Positions 18,736 through 28,646 of a DNA stretch of 58,174 nucleotides are shown here, piece by piece. The DNA comes from an archaeon (GTDB lineage: Archaea > Asgardarchaeota > Thorarchaeia > Thorarchaeales > Thorarchaeaceae). The position numbers and the translations under genes are program-made. The notes beneath the pieces are model-generated. The model was not told the DNA's origin, made no database searches, and saw nothing but the letters and a program-made list of their open reading frames with translations. The stretch lies in the NCBI GenBank assembly GCA_024276825.1, contig JAJRWI010000001.1:1-58174 (forward strand), read 5' to 3'. Each line of letters begins with the position of its first letter. Position 1 is the stretch's first letter.

Positions 18736-20658
18736 ATGATACATAATGTCCTGCTGGTTAGAAAAGAAGATGGCTCAATCATTGCCAAGCAGTGGTTCTG
18801 GAAAATCGAGTTTACAGAACAGGACATTAAAGAGTTCCTAATAGGCCTAAAGGAGCTTGAAGAAACAGAGGCACTATCATCTGACACTCCACTCTACGTT
18901 GGCAATCATAAGGTGTTTCATTTTCCAGTAAACGAAGAGCTATTACTGCTATTTGTGACTGATGGTCGTGATGAAGACAGAGTGATCAAATACAAAGTGC
19001 GAGAGGGCGCATCGCGTATTGAAACTGCGCTGAGAGGAAACCGAATCAGTTACATCCGTGACAATTTAGAGGACATCCTTGGTGAGCTTATTTTCACTCG
19101 ATTCAAGGTGTCGTTTGTAGGTTCTGGAGGTGTGGGAAAGAGTACACTTCTTAGATTGTTATTTGGAAAAGAGCCCGCCCCAGGTGGTTATGTGCCCACT
19201 ATAAACGTTGCAGTTGATAGTAGCGAAACGATACAGTTTGGTACTTGGCGAATCACAATATGGGACTTTGCAGGACAGGCTGTCTTCCAAGACCTCTGGT
19301 CATTCTATTTTGGTGGCACAGACATAATCTTCTTGATCACAGACTCGAGCTTTAGAAATGTGATGCAAACAAAAAGTCTATTGAGAAATATTCGAAAAGA
19401 GGCTCCTGCCGTTCCCTTGTTCATAATTGCAAACAAGCAAGACCTGCCTGAATCAATGCGTGCTGATAAGATTCAACGACTACTTGGCGCACCAACATTT
19501 CCAATGGTAGCAACTGATAAGACTCGACGTGAAGAGTTCATTCGTTTCATGCTTGAAGTGACCACCAAGACTATTGGCGTTGACCTGCCTGATCTCCCAT
19601 TAAGCGAGATGATAGTTGTAAGAAAGCGAACAGAGGACATTGAATCTGGATCAGAAATGGCTCGTCATACTGAAATAGGGTTTGAAGATGTTCCGTTTCA
19701 AGAATATGGAGAGAGCTCCATTACCAAAATGACCGAAGGCCCCATTGACAAGCCACCTCCCCAGTCTGAAGTTTCAGCAGAAATTGAAACAATAACTGAA
19801 TCGATGCAGGCATCTCGAAGCTCAAAGATACAAGACTTAGTGATATTTGTAAATAATCCCGGAATGCTTGAGGTCTCGTATCATCTCAATTATGACGAAG
19901 AACCAATAGATGTGAACTCTATAGCCTCCCTCATATCTGCACTAGACTCGTTTGATGGTATGGACAGTGAGCAGGAATCATCAATGCAGACTAGTGCCCT
20001 TGAAACTATTGAACATGAGGGCGCTCTTGTTATGGTAGAAAAGTCCAAACATTTCACGATTGCATTAATTGTATCAAATGATCTTGAGGAAGATCAGCAA
20101 CGCAAACTAATGACCTCTCTATTGATAGACTTGGAAAACATGTACAAGGATGTCTGGGACAATTGGAACGGGGATGTCACACTCTTCGAATCATCCGTAT
20201 TTCAAGTCCTTAATGTCTTCCCACTCAAGCCCATTAACCTCGATTACATTGTTAGATCAAGAGAGGCAGGAAACCCGCTACCTTTCAATAGTAGAGAGGT
20301 TGGAAAGGCGTTGGTCACTGTTAAAAGTACAATTGAGCCAAACATATCGGTGGGCAGTCTCTTACGGAGTCTAGATTTGCCCCGCGAAACTGTCTTTGGC
20401 TGCCTTCAGATAATGAACCATTTTGACTGGATCGACTTTCATGTTGATGTTGGTGAATCAAGTATTCTAAAGAAGGTGGGAGAACCTCCAGATGACATTG
20501 TAAAGGCCTATGGGCAAGTGATCTATAAGTTCCTTGATCTATGTGATGGAACTCAACCTCTGGTGGACATAGTGAGAAAACTGAATGTCAGCATAACTCC
20601 TATGAAGTTCGTCACGCAAAAACTAGTCTTAAGTGGGACTCTGGAAGTTATCGCTTAG
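18736..20658 (+). CDS. Multidomain Arf-like small GTPase (longin / GTPase / acidic linker / longin / tandem winged helix)
   Basis: G1 GSGGVGKS, G2 YVPT, G3 WDFAGQ, Arf-like LWSFYF, G4 ANKQDLP. Longin-like beta-beta-alpha-beta-beta-beta-alpha patterns on both sides. Confidence 0.88.
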   Translation: MIHNVLLVRKEDGSIIAKQWFWKIEFTEQDIKEFLIGLKELEETEALSSDTPLYVGNHKVFHFPVNEELLLLFVTDGRDEDRVIKYKVREGASRIETALRGNRISYIRDNLEDILGELIFTRFKVSFVGSGGVGKSTLLRLLFGKEPAPGGYVPTINVAVDSSETIQFGTWRITIWDFAGQAVFQDLWSFYFGGTDIIFLITDSSFRNVMQTKSLLRNIRKEAPAVPLFIIANKQDLPESMRADKIQRLLGAPTFPMVATDKTRREEFIRFMLEVTTKTIGVDLPDLPLSEMIVVRKRTEDIESGSEMARHTEIGFEDVPFQEYGESSITKMTEGPIDKPPPQSEVSAEIETITESMQASRSSKIQDLVIFVNNPGMLEVSYHLNYDEEPIDVNSIASLISALDSFDGMDSEQESSMQTSALETIEHEGALVMVEKSKHFTIALIVSNDLEEDQQRKLMTSLLIDLENMYKDVWDNWNGDVTLFESSVFQVLNVFPLKPINLDYIVRSREAGNPLPFNSREVGKALVTVKSTIEPNISVGSLLRSLDLPRETVFGCLQIMNHFDWIDFHVDVGESSILKKVGEPPDDIVKAYGQVIYKFLDLCDGTQPLVDIVRKLNVSITPMKFVTQKLVLSGTLEVIA

Positions 20659-22796
20659 ATATCGATGATAATCCGCTCTCGGTAATCAGGTATCTTCAGT
20701 CCTCTCACACTTCGCTTAAATGGCGTGTGAACCATAACTTTTGTTCCTTTGCACGACTTGATGTATTGTTCAAGATTTGAGGCTGATGAATGAGCGCTCA
20801 ATCTGGCATAGATAACATGGCATTCATGAGGCTCATATCCCTTGAGTAGATTCCACCCGGTGGTTCTCGGAGCAAGATAACCACATAAAACCACAGCGGC
20901 ATCCTCATTATATTGATGCTCCCGAAAGTATTGAAGTGCCAGACCTCCAGACATCATGCCCCCGCCTGCAACAAGGATATCCTCCTTATCAAGAGTGACC
21001 TTGTTTTTCTTGATGCCGTTCCAGTTTCCACTATAGCCAGCAAGCTTTGTGATTTTTTCTGTCATTCCTGCAACAATAACATTTCTTGATTCTGTGATTC
21101 TCAGTTCCTCCAAGAGGAGCAATATTTCTTGTGAACGACCAACTGCAAAGCTTGGGATTATTACAGGTCCAAAGTTCTCAGTGACCCTCACCAATTGATT
21201 CTTCACATGCCCTCTGTCAAAATCCTCTCGGGCCCAGTATGTGCCATCGAATATCATGATGTCATTCTCGTTCGGCATTCTTGCACCTTGAAACATGATG
21301 GACTTGTCGATGTTGAAATCCCCCGTGTATAGAATCTTCTTGCCTTCAATGTCTACAAGATATGCAACACTTCCGGGAATGTGGCATGCATCAATGAGGG
21401 TGACCACAATACCTGGCGATACCTCATAACTCCTCCCCACATCAAGTGATATATGATTCTTCATGACCTTATCGATATTGCCCTTCTTGAACCTTGAAAT
21501 GCCATCCCACCGGTCCTTTTTTCTTGGGAGATGGGGTGTTCCCACATTTAGTGCATCCTCAAGCAAAACTTTTGTGATTGCACCAGTTGTTGCTGTCGAG
21601 CACCATTTGCCATCATACTTCTCATATAGGACTGGCAGCCCGCCAATATGATCCAGATGAGAATGAGTGACCAACACTGTGTCAATCATCTCAATCTCTG
21701 GCACCCACTCTGGAATGGTCTGATTTGCAACTGAGAGCCCATAATCCATGAGTATTCCGCCAGTGTCGGTCTTGATTAGAATACTACTATGTCCAATTCT
21801 TGGGCCCCCAAGAAATATTATCTCAATCTTTTTTGTCGATGTACTGTAGCACATGATTGGCAATAGTGTTTTTCGGAGCTTTGGAGGAACAATCTCAAAC
21901 GCATCAGTGTCCATCACCTCTGCTGGTGGTGGGCTTGGAATCTCATGAAGTCTAACTGGAAGAACAGTCTTCTTATTCGTGTAGAATTTCTCACGCTTGA
22001 AGTATTTCTTAGCAAGTTCAATAGCATCTTCCACATTAGATGTTGAATTGACCTCTTTGCTGAGTTCCTCCTCTATCTGCTTGCGGTATATCGATAATAA
22101 CTCTGATTGCAACAGGTCTGGAAGCCATTCGGATGTTAACAGGTAAACATCATTATACTTACGGTCGCCAAGGGCTTCAATCAAATAAGTTGGATATCTA
22201 CGTATTGTATTCACAAGGCGATAGTCTTCTTCATTCATGAGTTCCTCAAAATCAAGTCCAAGGGCACTGGCATGCTGAATCATTGTGAACGGGTTAGGTG
22301 TAGTTGCTCCCAAGAATTTAATCCAAGACCGTGCACGAGACATGACTTCCCGCGGCTCAGATTTCTCGCAAGCGCTGATGAACAGGACTGCTTTTCTAAT
22401 CCATTTCTCAACAAGTCCAAGTTCGCGAACTCTGGTCAATGCGTATCGATAGACATGCCGAAACTCCTCATCAGAATACTCTCCCAGTAAGAATCCATAA
22501 AGCGCCATTATGGCAGAAGGAAGGTACTCTTCTACTGTCATGTTTCCAGCAACATTTCGTAATATAAGCTGAAGCTTCTCGTAGACCTTAGTTGCAGTAT
22601 CAAAAGGAGCATGTTTAATTGATGATATGTGCATTAGCATGAATGGGAGTATCTCTCCATTCTCTTGAAAGGGGCCCTCCTTCACAATTGATGCTTTCCC
22701 CTCAATAATCTCCTTTACCACTGCTATTGCACTTTTAAACGCATCATCGATTGGAACAAACGATGACTTCGGAACATTTTCATATTTTATAATCAT
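20655..22796 (-). CDS. MBL-fold/beta-CASP nuclease-like protein with long N-terminal extension
   Basis: MDYG, THSHLDHIG, CHIPGS, YTGD, DGTY, FAVGRSQE, SAH, VH. Confidence 0.88.
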   Translation of the reverse strand: MIIKYENVPKSSFVPIDDAFKSAIAVVKEIIEGKASIVKEGPFQENGEILPFMLMHISSIKHAPFDTATKVYEKLQLILRNVAGNMTVEEYLPSAIMALYGFLLGEYSDEEFRHVYRYALTRVRELGLVEKWIRKAVLFISACEKSEPREVMSRARSWIKFLGATTPNPFTMIQHASALGLDFEELMNEEDYRLVNTIRRYPTYLIEALGDRKYNDVYLLTSEWLPDLLQSELLSIYRKQIEEELSKEVNSTSNVEDAIELAKKYFKREKFYTNKKTVLPVRLHEIPSPPPAEVMDTDAFEIVPPKLRKTLLPIMCYSTSTKKIEIIFLGGPRIGHSSILIKTDTGGILMDYGLSVANQTIPEWVPEIEMIDTVLVTHSHLDHIGGLPVLYEKYDGKWCSTATTGAITKVLLEDALNVGTPHLPRKKDRWDGISRFKKGNIDKVMKNHISLDVGRSYEVSPGIVVTLIDACHIPGSVAYLVDIEGKKILYTGDFNIDKSIMFQGARMPNENDIMIFDGTYWAREDFDRGHVKNQLVRVTENFGPVIIPSFAVGRSQEILLLLEELRITESRNVIVAGMTEKITKLAGYSGNWNGIKKNKVTLDKEDILVAGGGMMSGGLALQYFREHQYNEDAAVVLCGYLAPRTTGWNLLKGYEPHECHVIYARLSAHSSASNLEQYIKSCKGTKVMVHTPFKRSVRGLKIPDYRERIIIDI

Positions 22797-23025
22797 TAAG
22801 ATTTGACCTCTCCAGTTGCCATTATTAATAATTGCCCCTTCATAAGTTCAGTGTTCCTCATCCATTCCAGATCAATCAATGAATGTTCTCTTCGTCATTT
22901 ATACTTGATTGAAGCTACTTGCTAGTGAGGAATATGAGATTACTTCGGTCATTATTGCTATCATCACAATTAACAATCAGAGTCAATCCATAAACGTATA
23001 TTGTAGTTCGTATCCAGAAGGCATC

Positions 23026-24054
23026 ATGAAAACTCCATTTAGAGTCCTACAGATTGGTCTGGGAACAATTGGCCTTCCTGTCGCAGAACTTGCCATGAAT
23101 CGTGATACACTTAATTTAGTCGCAGCGGTTGATATTAACCCCGAATTACATGGCAAGTTTGTTGAAGATCTTTTGGAATTGGATGTAGACCCTAAGACTG
23201 GGATTTATGGCTCAGTCAGCGCAGCATTGGATAGTGTGTCGCCGATCCCTGACCTAGCATTGATTTTGACTTCTTCTGATCTGAATGCAGTCGCTCCAAC
23301 GATCATGGAATGCTTGGATCAAGGAATGGATGTTGTTTCAATCTGTGAAGAACTCTCATATCCCTATCACCGCCATCCCAATCTTGCAAGGAGAATTGAT
23401 GAGGCCGCAAGGAGGGCCAATAAGAGTGTCCTTGGAACTGGAATTAATCCAGGCTATCTAATGGATTTACTGCCCATCGTTCTGACTGCACCCTGCCAAT
23501 ATGTGGAAACCGTTCATGTGACTAGAGTAATTGACTCCAGCCGAAGACGTGCTTCGTTCCAAAAGAAAATAGGTACTGGAATGAGTGAGTCCGAATTCAA
23601 AAAAGCAATCAAGAATAAGGTGATCACTGGCCATGTCGGGCTGATAGAGTCCATGCGAATGATCAATGATGCGCTTAATCTTGGTGCTGACAAGTTTGAA
23701 GAGTTTTCACCTGAGCCTGTCATAACTGACATTAAAGTTTCAACATCATTTGCCACCATCGAGCCTGGCCATGTAATCGGTCTCAAGAGCAAGGCAGCAG
23801 CAAGCGTCGGCGAAACACCCATCATAGAAATGACCTTTATTGCTCATGCGGGTGCGAATCCAGAATATGATGAGATTCGAATTGATGGTCATCCTGATGT
23901 AGTGCAGAGGATAGAGGGTGGCATCATGGGCGACATTGGAACAGTGGCCATGATATTGAACATGATACCGATAGTCTTCAATGCACCGCCTGGTCTTTAT
24001 ACAATGAAAGACCTTCCTGTTCCTCGAAATGCACAGTTCATTTACAAGGAGTAG
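23026..24054 (+). CDS. DapB-like / 2,4-diaminopentanoate dehydrogenase (Ord)-family NAD(P)-dependent amine dehydrogenase
   Basis: GLGTIG Rossmann motif, SICEE, GTGINPG, GHVG, GDIGT. Start placed at MKTPF. Confidence 0.82.
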   Translation: MKTPFRVLQIGLGTIGLPVAELAMNRDTLNLVAAVDINPELHGKFVEDLLELDVDPKTGIYGSVSAALDSVSPIPDLALILTSSDLNAVAPTIMECLDQGMDVVSICEELSYPYHRHPNLARRIDEAARRANKSVLGTGINPGYLMDLLPIVLTAPCQYVETVHVTRVIDSSRRRASFQKKIGTGMSESEFKKAIKNKVITGHVGLIESMRMINDALNLGADKFEEFSPEPVITDIKVSTSFATIEPGHVIGLKSKAAASVGETPIIEMTFIAHAGANPEYDEIRIDGHPDVVQRIEGGIMGDIGTVAMILNMIPIVFNAPPGLYTMKDLPVPRNAQFIYKE

Positions 24055-24061
24055 TTGAGGC

Positions 24062-25366
24062 TTGCTGGATAGATATAAGAAGCGAACACCAAAGTCTGGC
24101 GCGTTGTGGAAGCGCGCAGTCAGTGTATTTGCTGGAGGCATTAATCATAATATACGCACCTTCTGTCTGGACCGAGTGGGAGCATATCCTCCATACATTG
24201 CACGTGGTGAAGGTGCCTATGTGTGGGATGTCGACGGGAATCGCTATGTCGACTGGTGGATGACACATTATTCTCAGATTCTCGGTCATAATAACCCACG
24301 AGTTCGCGAAGCGTTAATAAATAGGCTTCAGAATGGTCATCATTTTGGTGCCCCCAATGAGGAACAGGTTGTTCTTGCTGAGAAGATAAGAAAGGCCATC
24401 CCATACATGGAAATGATGCGATTCTGTTCAACTGGCGCCGAGGCCACTATGTATGCTGTTAGACTGGCACGCCTTTTCACCAAGAAGAAGCTTGTGGCCA
24501 AAGTCTATGGGGGGTGGCATGGTGGCAACGACACTGTTGGCTATCATGTGAGCTTTCCTTACAATGATGACCCATTTTATGATGGAGTCACCTTCAACTA
24601 CAATGACATTGACAGTGCTCGTGAGATGTTCAAGAAATTTGGGAGAGACCTTGCAGCAGTAATTGTGGAGCCCATTCTTGGTGCTGGAGGTGCACTTCCG
24701 CCAATCCCTGAATTCTTGCCATTTTTGAGAGAGGAAACCAACAGACTAGGAGCTCTTCTCATCTTTGATGAGATAATCTCCGCTTTCAGGTTTCGCTATG
24801 GCTCTGTTGGAGAGGCCCTGTTTAATGTCAGACCAGATCTGACGACTCTGGGAAAGATAGCAGGAGGCGGCATGCATCTGGGAGTCTACGGTGGTCGTGA
24901 AGATGTCATGGCACTTGCTGCTCCAAGAGCTGAAGGTGGTAGATGGGTTGGTGGTGGGACATTTTCTTCACATCCCTTATCAATGGTCGCGGGTTCTGTT
25001 ACTCTTGATGAGCTTAAGAAAAGAAACAACCAATATGAACATCTGAATAAGGTGGGTGATGGTTTCAGAGACCGTACCAATACACTCTTCAGAGATTATG
25101 GCTATGACGCAATCTCCACAGGATTTGGCTCCCTCGTATACCTCTCTTGTTTACACAAGGACATTGGAAACCCCCCATATACAAGCTATACAATTGGGCA
25201 AGCATTTGATCATGAACAGATGAATATGTTTCAAAGCCTGCTAACTCAAGAAGGAGTGCTGGGCTATCATGGACTGGGTGCCCTGTCTTTCTCGCACTCC
25301 GAAAGCGACATCGAGTTCACTCTCTCCGCCATCGAAAGAGTCATTTCTGCTCTGTCATCGGATTGA
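24062..25366 (+). CDS. Class-III PLP aminotransferase (GSA aminomutase-like)
   Basis: WDVDGNRYVD, STGAEAT, WHG, FDEI, DLTTLGKIAGGG, GTFSSHP. Confidence 0.9.
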   Translation: MLDRYKKRTPKSGALWKRAVSVFAGGINHNIRTFCLDRVGAYPPYIARGEGAYVWDVDGNRYVDWWMTHYSQILGHNNPRVREALINRLQNGHHFGAPNEEQVVLAEKIRKAIPYMEMMRFCSTGAEATMYAVRLARLFTKKKLVAKVYGGWHGGNDTVGYHVSFPYNDDPFYDGVTFNYNDIDSAREMFKKFGRDLAAVIVEPILGAGGALPPIPEFLPFLREETNRLGALLIFDEIISAFRFRYGSVGEALFNVRPDLTTLGKIAGGGMHLGVYGGREDVMALAAPRAEGGRWVGGGTFSSHPLSMVAGSVTLDELKKRNNQYEHLNKVGDGFRDRTNTLFRDYGYDAISTGFGSLVYLSCLHKDIGNPPYTSYTIGQAFDHEQMNMFQSLLTQEGVLGYHGLGALSFSHSESDIEFTLSAIERVISALSSD

Positions 25367-25435
25367 ACAAGGTTTTGCCGTTTGAGATTTTTATAAAACA
25401 ACAAAGCCCACAACCTAATCAATGAAGGGATTGAA

Positions 25436-26395
25436 TTGAAGAAGGAACTCAGTGAAATTCAAAAGAAGATCATTGAGCTGAAGAAAAAGCGCAAGGCTCT
25501 GATTCTGGCACATAATTATCAGATAATGGAAATTCAAGAGATTGCAGACTTTGTAGGTGATTCTCTGCAACTCGCAAGAAAATCTGCTGATGTCAAAGGT
25601 TATGACATGATAATCTTCTCTGGTGTGAACTTCATGGCAGAGATGGCGGCTGTTCTATCAAACGGAATCCCTGTTTACATTCCCGACAATAGAGCCCTCT
25701 GTCCACTAGCAGCATACGTGAGTGCTGAGAAAATCCGTGAGATGAAGAAAAAATACCCTGGAGTTCCCGTTGTCGTCTATGTGAACACAACCGCTGAAGC
25801 TAAGAGCGAGGCGGACTACATTTGCACTTCTGGCAGTGCTGTTGAAGTCGTAGAACTCATTGGTGCTGATAGGGTGCTCTTCGGTCCAGATGCACATCTT
25901 GCAGAATTCGTCAGAGCTCACACAGATGTAGAGATCATTGATATTGAACCCAGAGGGCACTGCTATGTTCATCGCCAATTCGATGCAGCACAAATTATAC
26001 TTTTGAAAGAAGAGTATCCAGATGCCATTGCCATTGCTCACCCCGAATGCTCCAAAGAGGTGCAGGAGGTTTCAGACATGGTGGGTTCTACCGGAATGAT
26101 GGTGAAGACAGTTGCTGAGTCTGATTATAAGACTTTCATCATTGCCACTGAGTTGGGTCTGGTTCAGCAATTGCAGGCACAACATCCTGATAAGAGGATA
26201 ATCCCCGCATATGATGGCGCAGTATGCCAACAGATGAAAAAGCAGACCCTTGAGAAGATTCTCTATGTACTTGAGAATTTGCCTGAAGAGAATCTGATAA
26301 AGGTCCCTGAAGAGTATGCAAACCACCTAAAACTGATTCTTGATAGGATGAGTAAGGTAAAAGGACAGGGACCAGCTCGTGCAGTGAAACACTAA
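25436..26395 (+). CDS. nadA: Quinolinate synthase
   Basis: ILAHNYQ, GDSL, FMAE, YVNT, CTS, C-x-VH, AHPEC, C-x2-MK. Confidence 0.96.
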   Translation: MKKELSEIQKKIIELKKKRKALILAHNYQIMEIQEIADFVGDSLQLARKSADVKGYDMIIFSGVNFMAEMAAVLSNGIPVYIPDNRALCPLAAYVSAEKIREMKKKYPGVPVVVYVNTTAEAKSEADYICTSGSAVEVVELIGADRVLFGPDAHLAEFVRAHTDVEIIDIEPRGHCYVHRQFDAAQIILLKEEYPDAIAIAHPECSKEVQEVSDMVGSTGMMVKTVAESDYKTFIIATELGLVQQLQAQHPDKRIIPAYDGAVCQQMKKQTLEKILYVLENLPEENLIKVPEEYANHLKLILDRMSKVKGQGPARAVKH

Positions 26396-26619
26396 TTTGC
26401 ATGCGTTCGTTTCAGTCACAAGACCAGATTATAGGACATTTACGAATTATCCACGAAAAATGAATGGCTATAAAATATGGCAATACTCTTATTCAGGAAC
26501 AATTGTTGGATACTTCTATAATTATCAAAAAAAAAAAATAATAGCAAACTATTTTTCAAACCAATATTTTTTTTATGGCGGAAAGCTGCAAAAAACATTA
26601 CTAACTAATTAGTCAAGGT

Positions 26620-26994
26620 GTGGTTAGTAAATTGGATAATACTAAGATCAATCTCGGCTTTTGTTTGGTATTTATTGGTTTTATCCTTTCTCCCATTGTA
26701 TTCAATTTTATTTCAAGTATTTACTTTTACATATTGGGGATTAAATATTATGGAACTCCAATCGAAGATTATCCTTTTTTACTTCTTGTTTCTACATCCT
26801 TGTCATTCATACCAATAATGTGCATGTTTTCCGATGATCCTGATTTTCAGCCAACCAATACAAATTTGAAGACAAATCTGACTGGGATAATATTCGTGAC
26901 ATGCGGCACAATTTTATTCTTATATTCAATTTTACCTGGCGTTCTACAGATCCTTGGTGGTGCCTTACTCATGTATGCAGCCAACATGACCTAA
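26620..26994 (+). CDS. Small hypothetical membrane protein in an AT-rich patch
   Basis: 124-aa hydrophobic ORF with a GTG start. Confidence 0.5.
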   Translation: MVSKLDNTKINLGFCLVFIGFILSPIVFNFISSIYFYILGIKYYGTPIEDYPFLLLVSTSLSFIPIMCMFSDDPDFQPTNTNLKTNLTGIIFVTCGTILFLYSILPGVLQILGGALLMYAANMT

Positions 26995-27203
26995 TGGTCG
27001 TGATTTTCATCCTAACTATATGCGATTCTTTTTTGATAATCCCTCTTAGACTTTCGAGCCTGATGGCATTAGGAATATTTTAAGAGTGAATTCTCTGATG
27101 CTCTCCAAGACACATAATGCTCTCCTCATTCATGTCAAAGCATTGTTTCGCAGAAGTCCAAATTCACTCGATTAAGATAAGAGGTTATGAATGTGGCCGT
27201 CAT

Positions 27204-27854
27204 CTAACTCTTGTAAACAAGAAGGGGCGGTATTTCTGATAGACTTTCAATTACATGTCCATCATGTCCCAGTTTTCGAAAATCCTCAATATTGAACATT
27301 CTAGATATTGCAATAAACTGGCAGAACCCTCTTGAGCGCTCGTAATCTTTTAACGAGTCTCCAACGAAGACTACTTGGTTCAAGCCAACCCCATAGTGAT
27401 CACGAACAAAATTGAAATGATCTGCTCCCTTTTCAAAACCCGGTCTATAGCCCATTATACCATCTAGTAAATCAAGCAGACCCTTGCGGTTAAAATATTC
27501 AGTGATTGTAGGTTGAAATGTTGATGATGAAACGAATATCTTGAAGCCTTCACCCTTCAGCTCTTGAACGACATCAATGGCATCAGGAAACAAAGGTTGC
27601 TCATAGATTCGTTCTATCTTCAGTCTCTCAAACTCCTCAATAGCCTGCTTGTTAATTGGGTTATTGGGAAAATTACTCTCAATCTGGTGCTCATAGGGGA
27701 GTCCAGTTGTCATGCGGTAGCGTTGTGTCGCTTCTTCCTTCGACATTTGATAATACTTCATCATGACATCAACGCCAATACTCTCAAGGAATGGCATGCT
27801 ATCAGCCAATGTGCCATCAAAGTCGAAAATCACAGTGCTACATTGTATCTTCAT
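27204..27854 (-). CDS. HAD-family hydrolase
   Basis: FDFDGTLADS, SS, K, VGDS-x2-D. Confidence 0.92.
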   Translation of the reverse strand: MKIQCSTVIFDFDGTLADSMPFLESIGVDVMMKYYQMSKEEATQRYRMTTGLPYEHQIESNFPNNPINKQAIEEFERLKIERIYEQPLFPDAIDVVQELKGEGFKIFVSSSTFQPTITEYFNRKGLLDLLDGIMGYRPGFEKGADHFNFVRDHYGVGLNQVVFVGDSLKDYERSRGFCQFIAISRMFNIEDFRKLGHDGHVIESLSEIPPLLVYKS

Positions 27855-27924
27855 GACGATTCAATCCTTTGAGAGTTGGAGTCAGCACTAGTCATCGGTT
27901 TTTGACAGTTTTGGTGTGAATACT

Positions 27925-28509
27925 CTAGTCCTTGCTAAGGGCTTTTTTGTATTCTTCCATGCATCTGTTGATTGCCTTTAAGGCATCGCCCAGTTCCATA
28001 AACCTCTTGACCTCAGTGTGCCCGCCCTCCTGAATCTTATAGGTTGCATAGAAATGAGTGATCTCTTCAACTATGCTTCTTGGCAAGTCCATCATACCCT
28101 TGACATCACGATAGAATGGCTCATGCACAGGGACTGCAATTATCTTGTCATCAATCTTTCCAGCATCGTCCATCCGCATGATTCCGATGGGTCTCGCATG
28201 GACCATACATCCAGTGAAGGTTGGCTCATTGATCAGTAGTACGACATCCAGAGGGTCTCCATCATGATCCAAAGTCTGTGGAATAAATCCATAATCAAAG
28301 GGTGCAAAGGTGTATAGCACTCTATCAAGCTTGAAGATGTTGTATTTATCATCGAATTCATACTTGTTCTTGCTGGCCCTTGTCAACTCGATAATTACAT
28401 ATATCTCACTAGGTGGATTAGGACCTGATGGCAAATCATGCAAGAAATTTGTCATGGTCTTAACATTCATTCTCATCAATATATAGTTTGCAGAAAAGAT
28501 GCTGGTCAT
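27925..28509 (-). CDS. ppa: Inorganic pyrophosphatase (family I)
   Basis: KNKYE, LDR, YGFIPQT, DGDPLDV, DDKII. True start is probably a downstream ATG. Confidence 0.95.
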   Translation of the reverse strand: MTSIFSANYILMRMNVKTMTNFLHDLPSGPNPPSEIYVIIELTRASKNKYEFDDKYNIFKLDRVLYTFAPFDYGFIPQTLDHDGDPLDVVLLINEPTFTGCMVHARPIGIMRMDDAGKIDDKIIAVPVHEPFYRDVKGMMDLPRSIVEEITHFYATYKIQEGGHTEVKRFMELGDALKAINRCMEEYKKALSKD

Positions 28510-28646
28510 GTTTTAGTAAAATTGCATCATATGACTGAATTCTCCTTCATTTTTGCGACCTGCTTCATTTTGCTTTATTGAAAAATGTAGTCGCGTAAAA
28601 TTAATTGACAAGTGGAATGCTTATTTGGGATTAATGCGACCTGTAA

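Noticed and set aside
18736-20658. Calling the GTPase a Rag/Gtr orthologue
   Set aside because: The G4 region (ANKQDLP) and LW-x2-YF are Arf-like rather than the Rag HKxD type.
24062-25366. Assigning the gene symbol hemL
   Set aside because: It is GSA-aminomutase-like but divergent (GGINHNIR, GTFSSHP), has no hem genes nearby and is coupled to an Ord-like gene.
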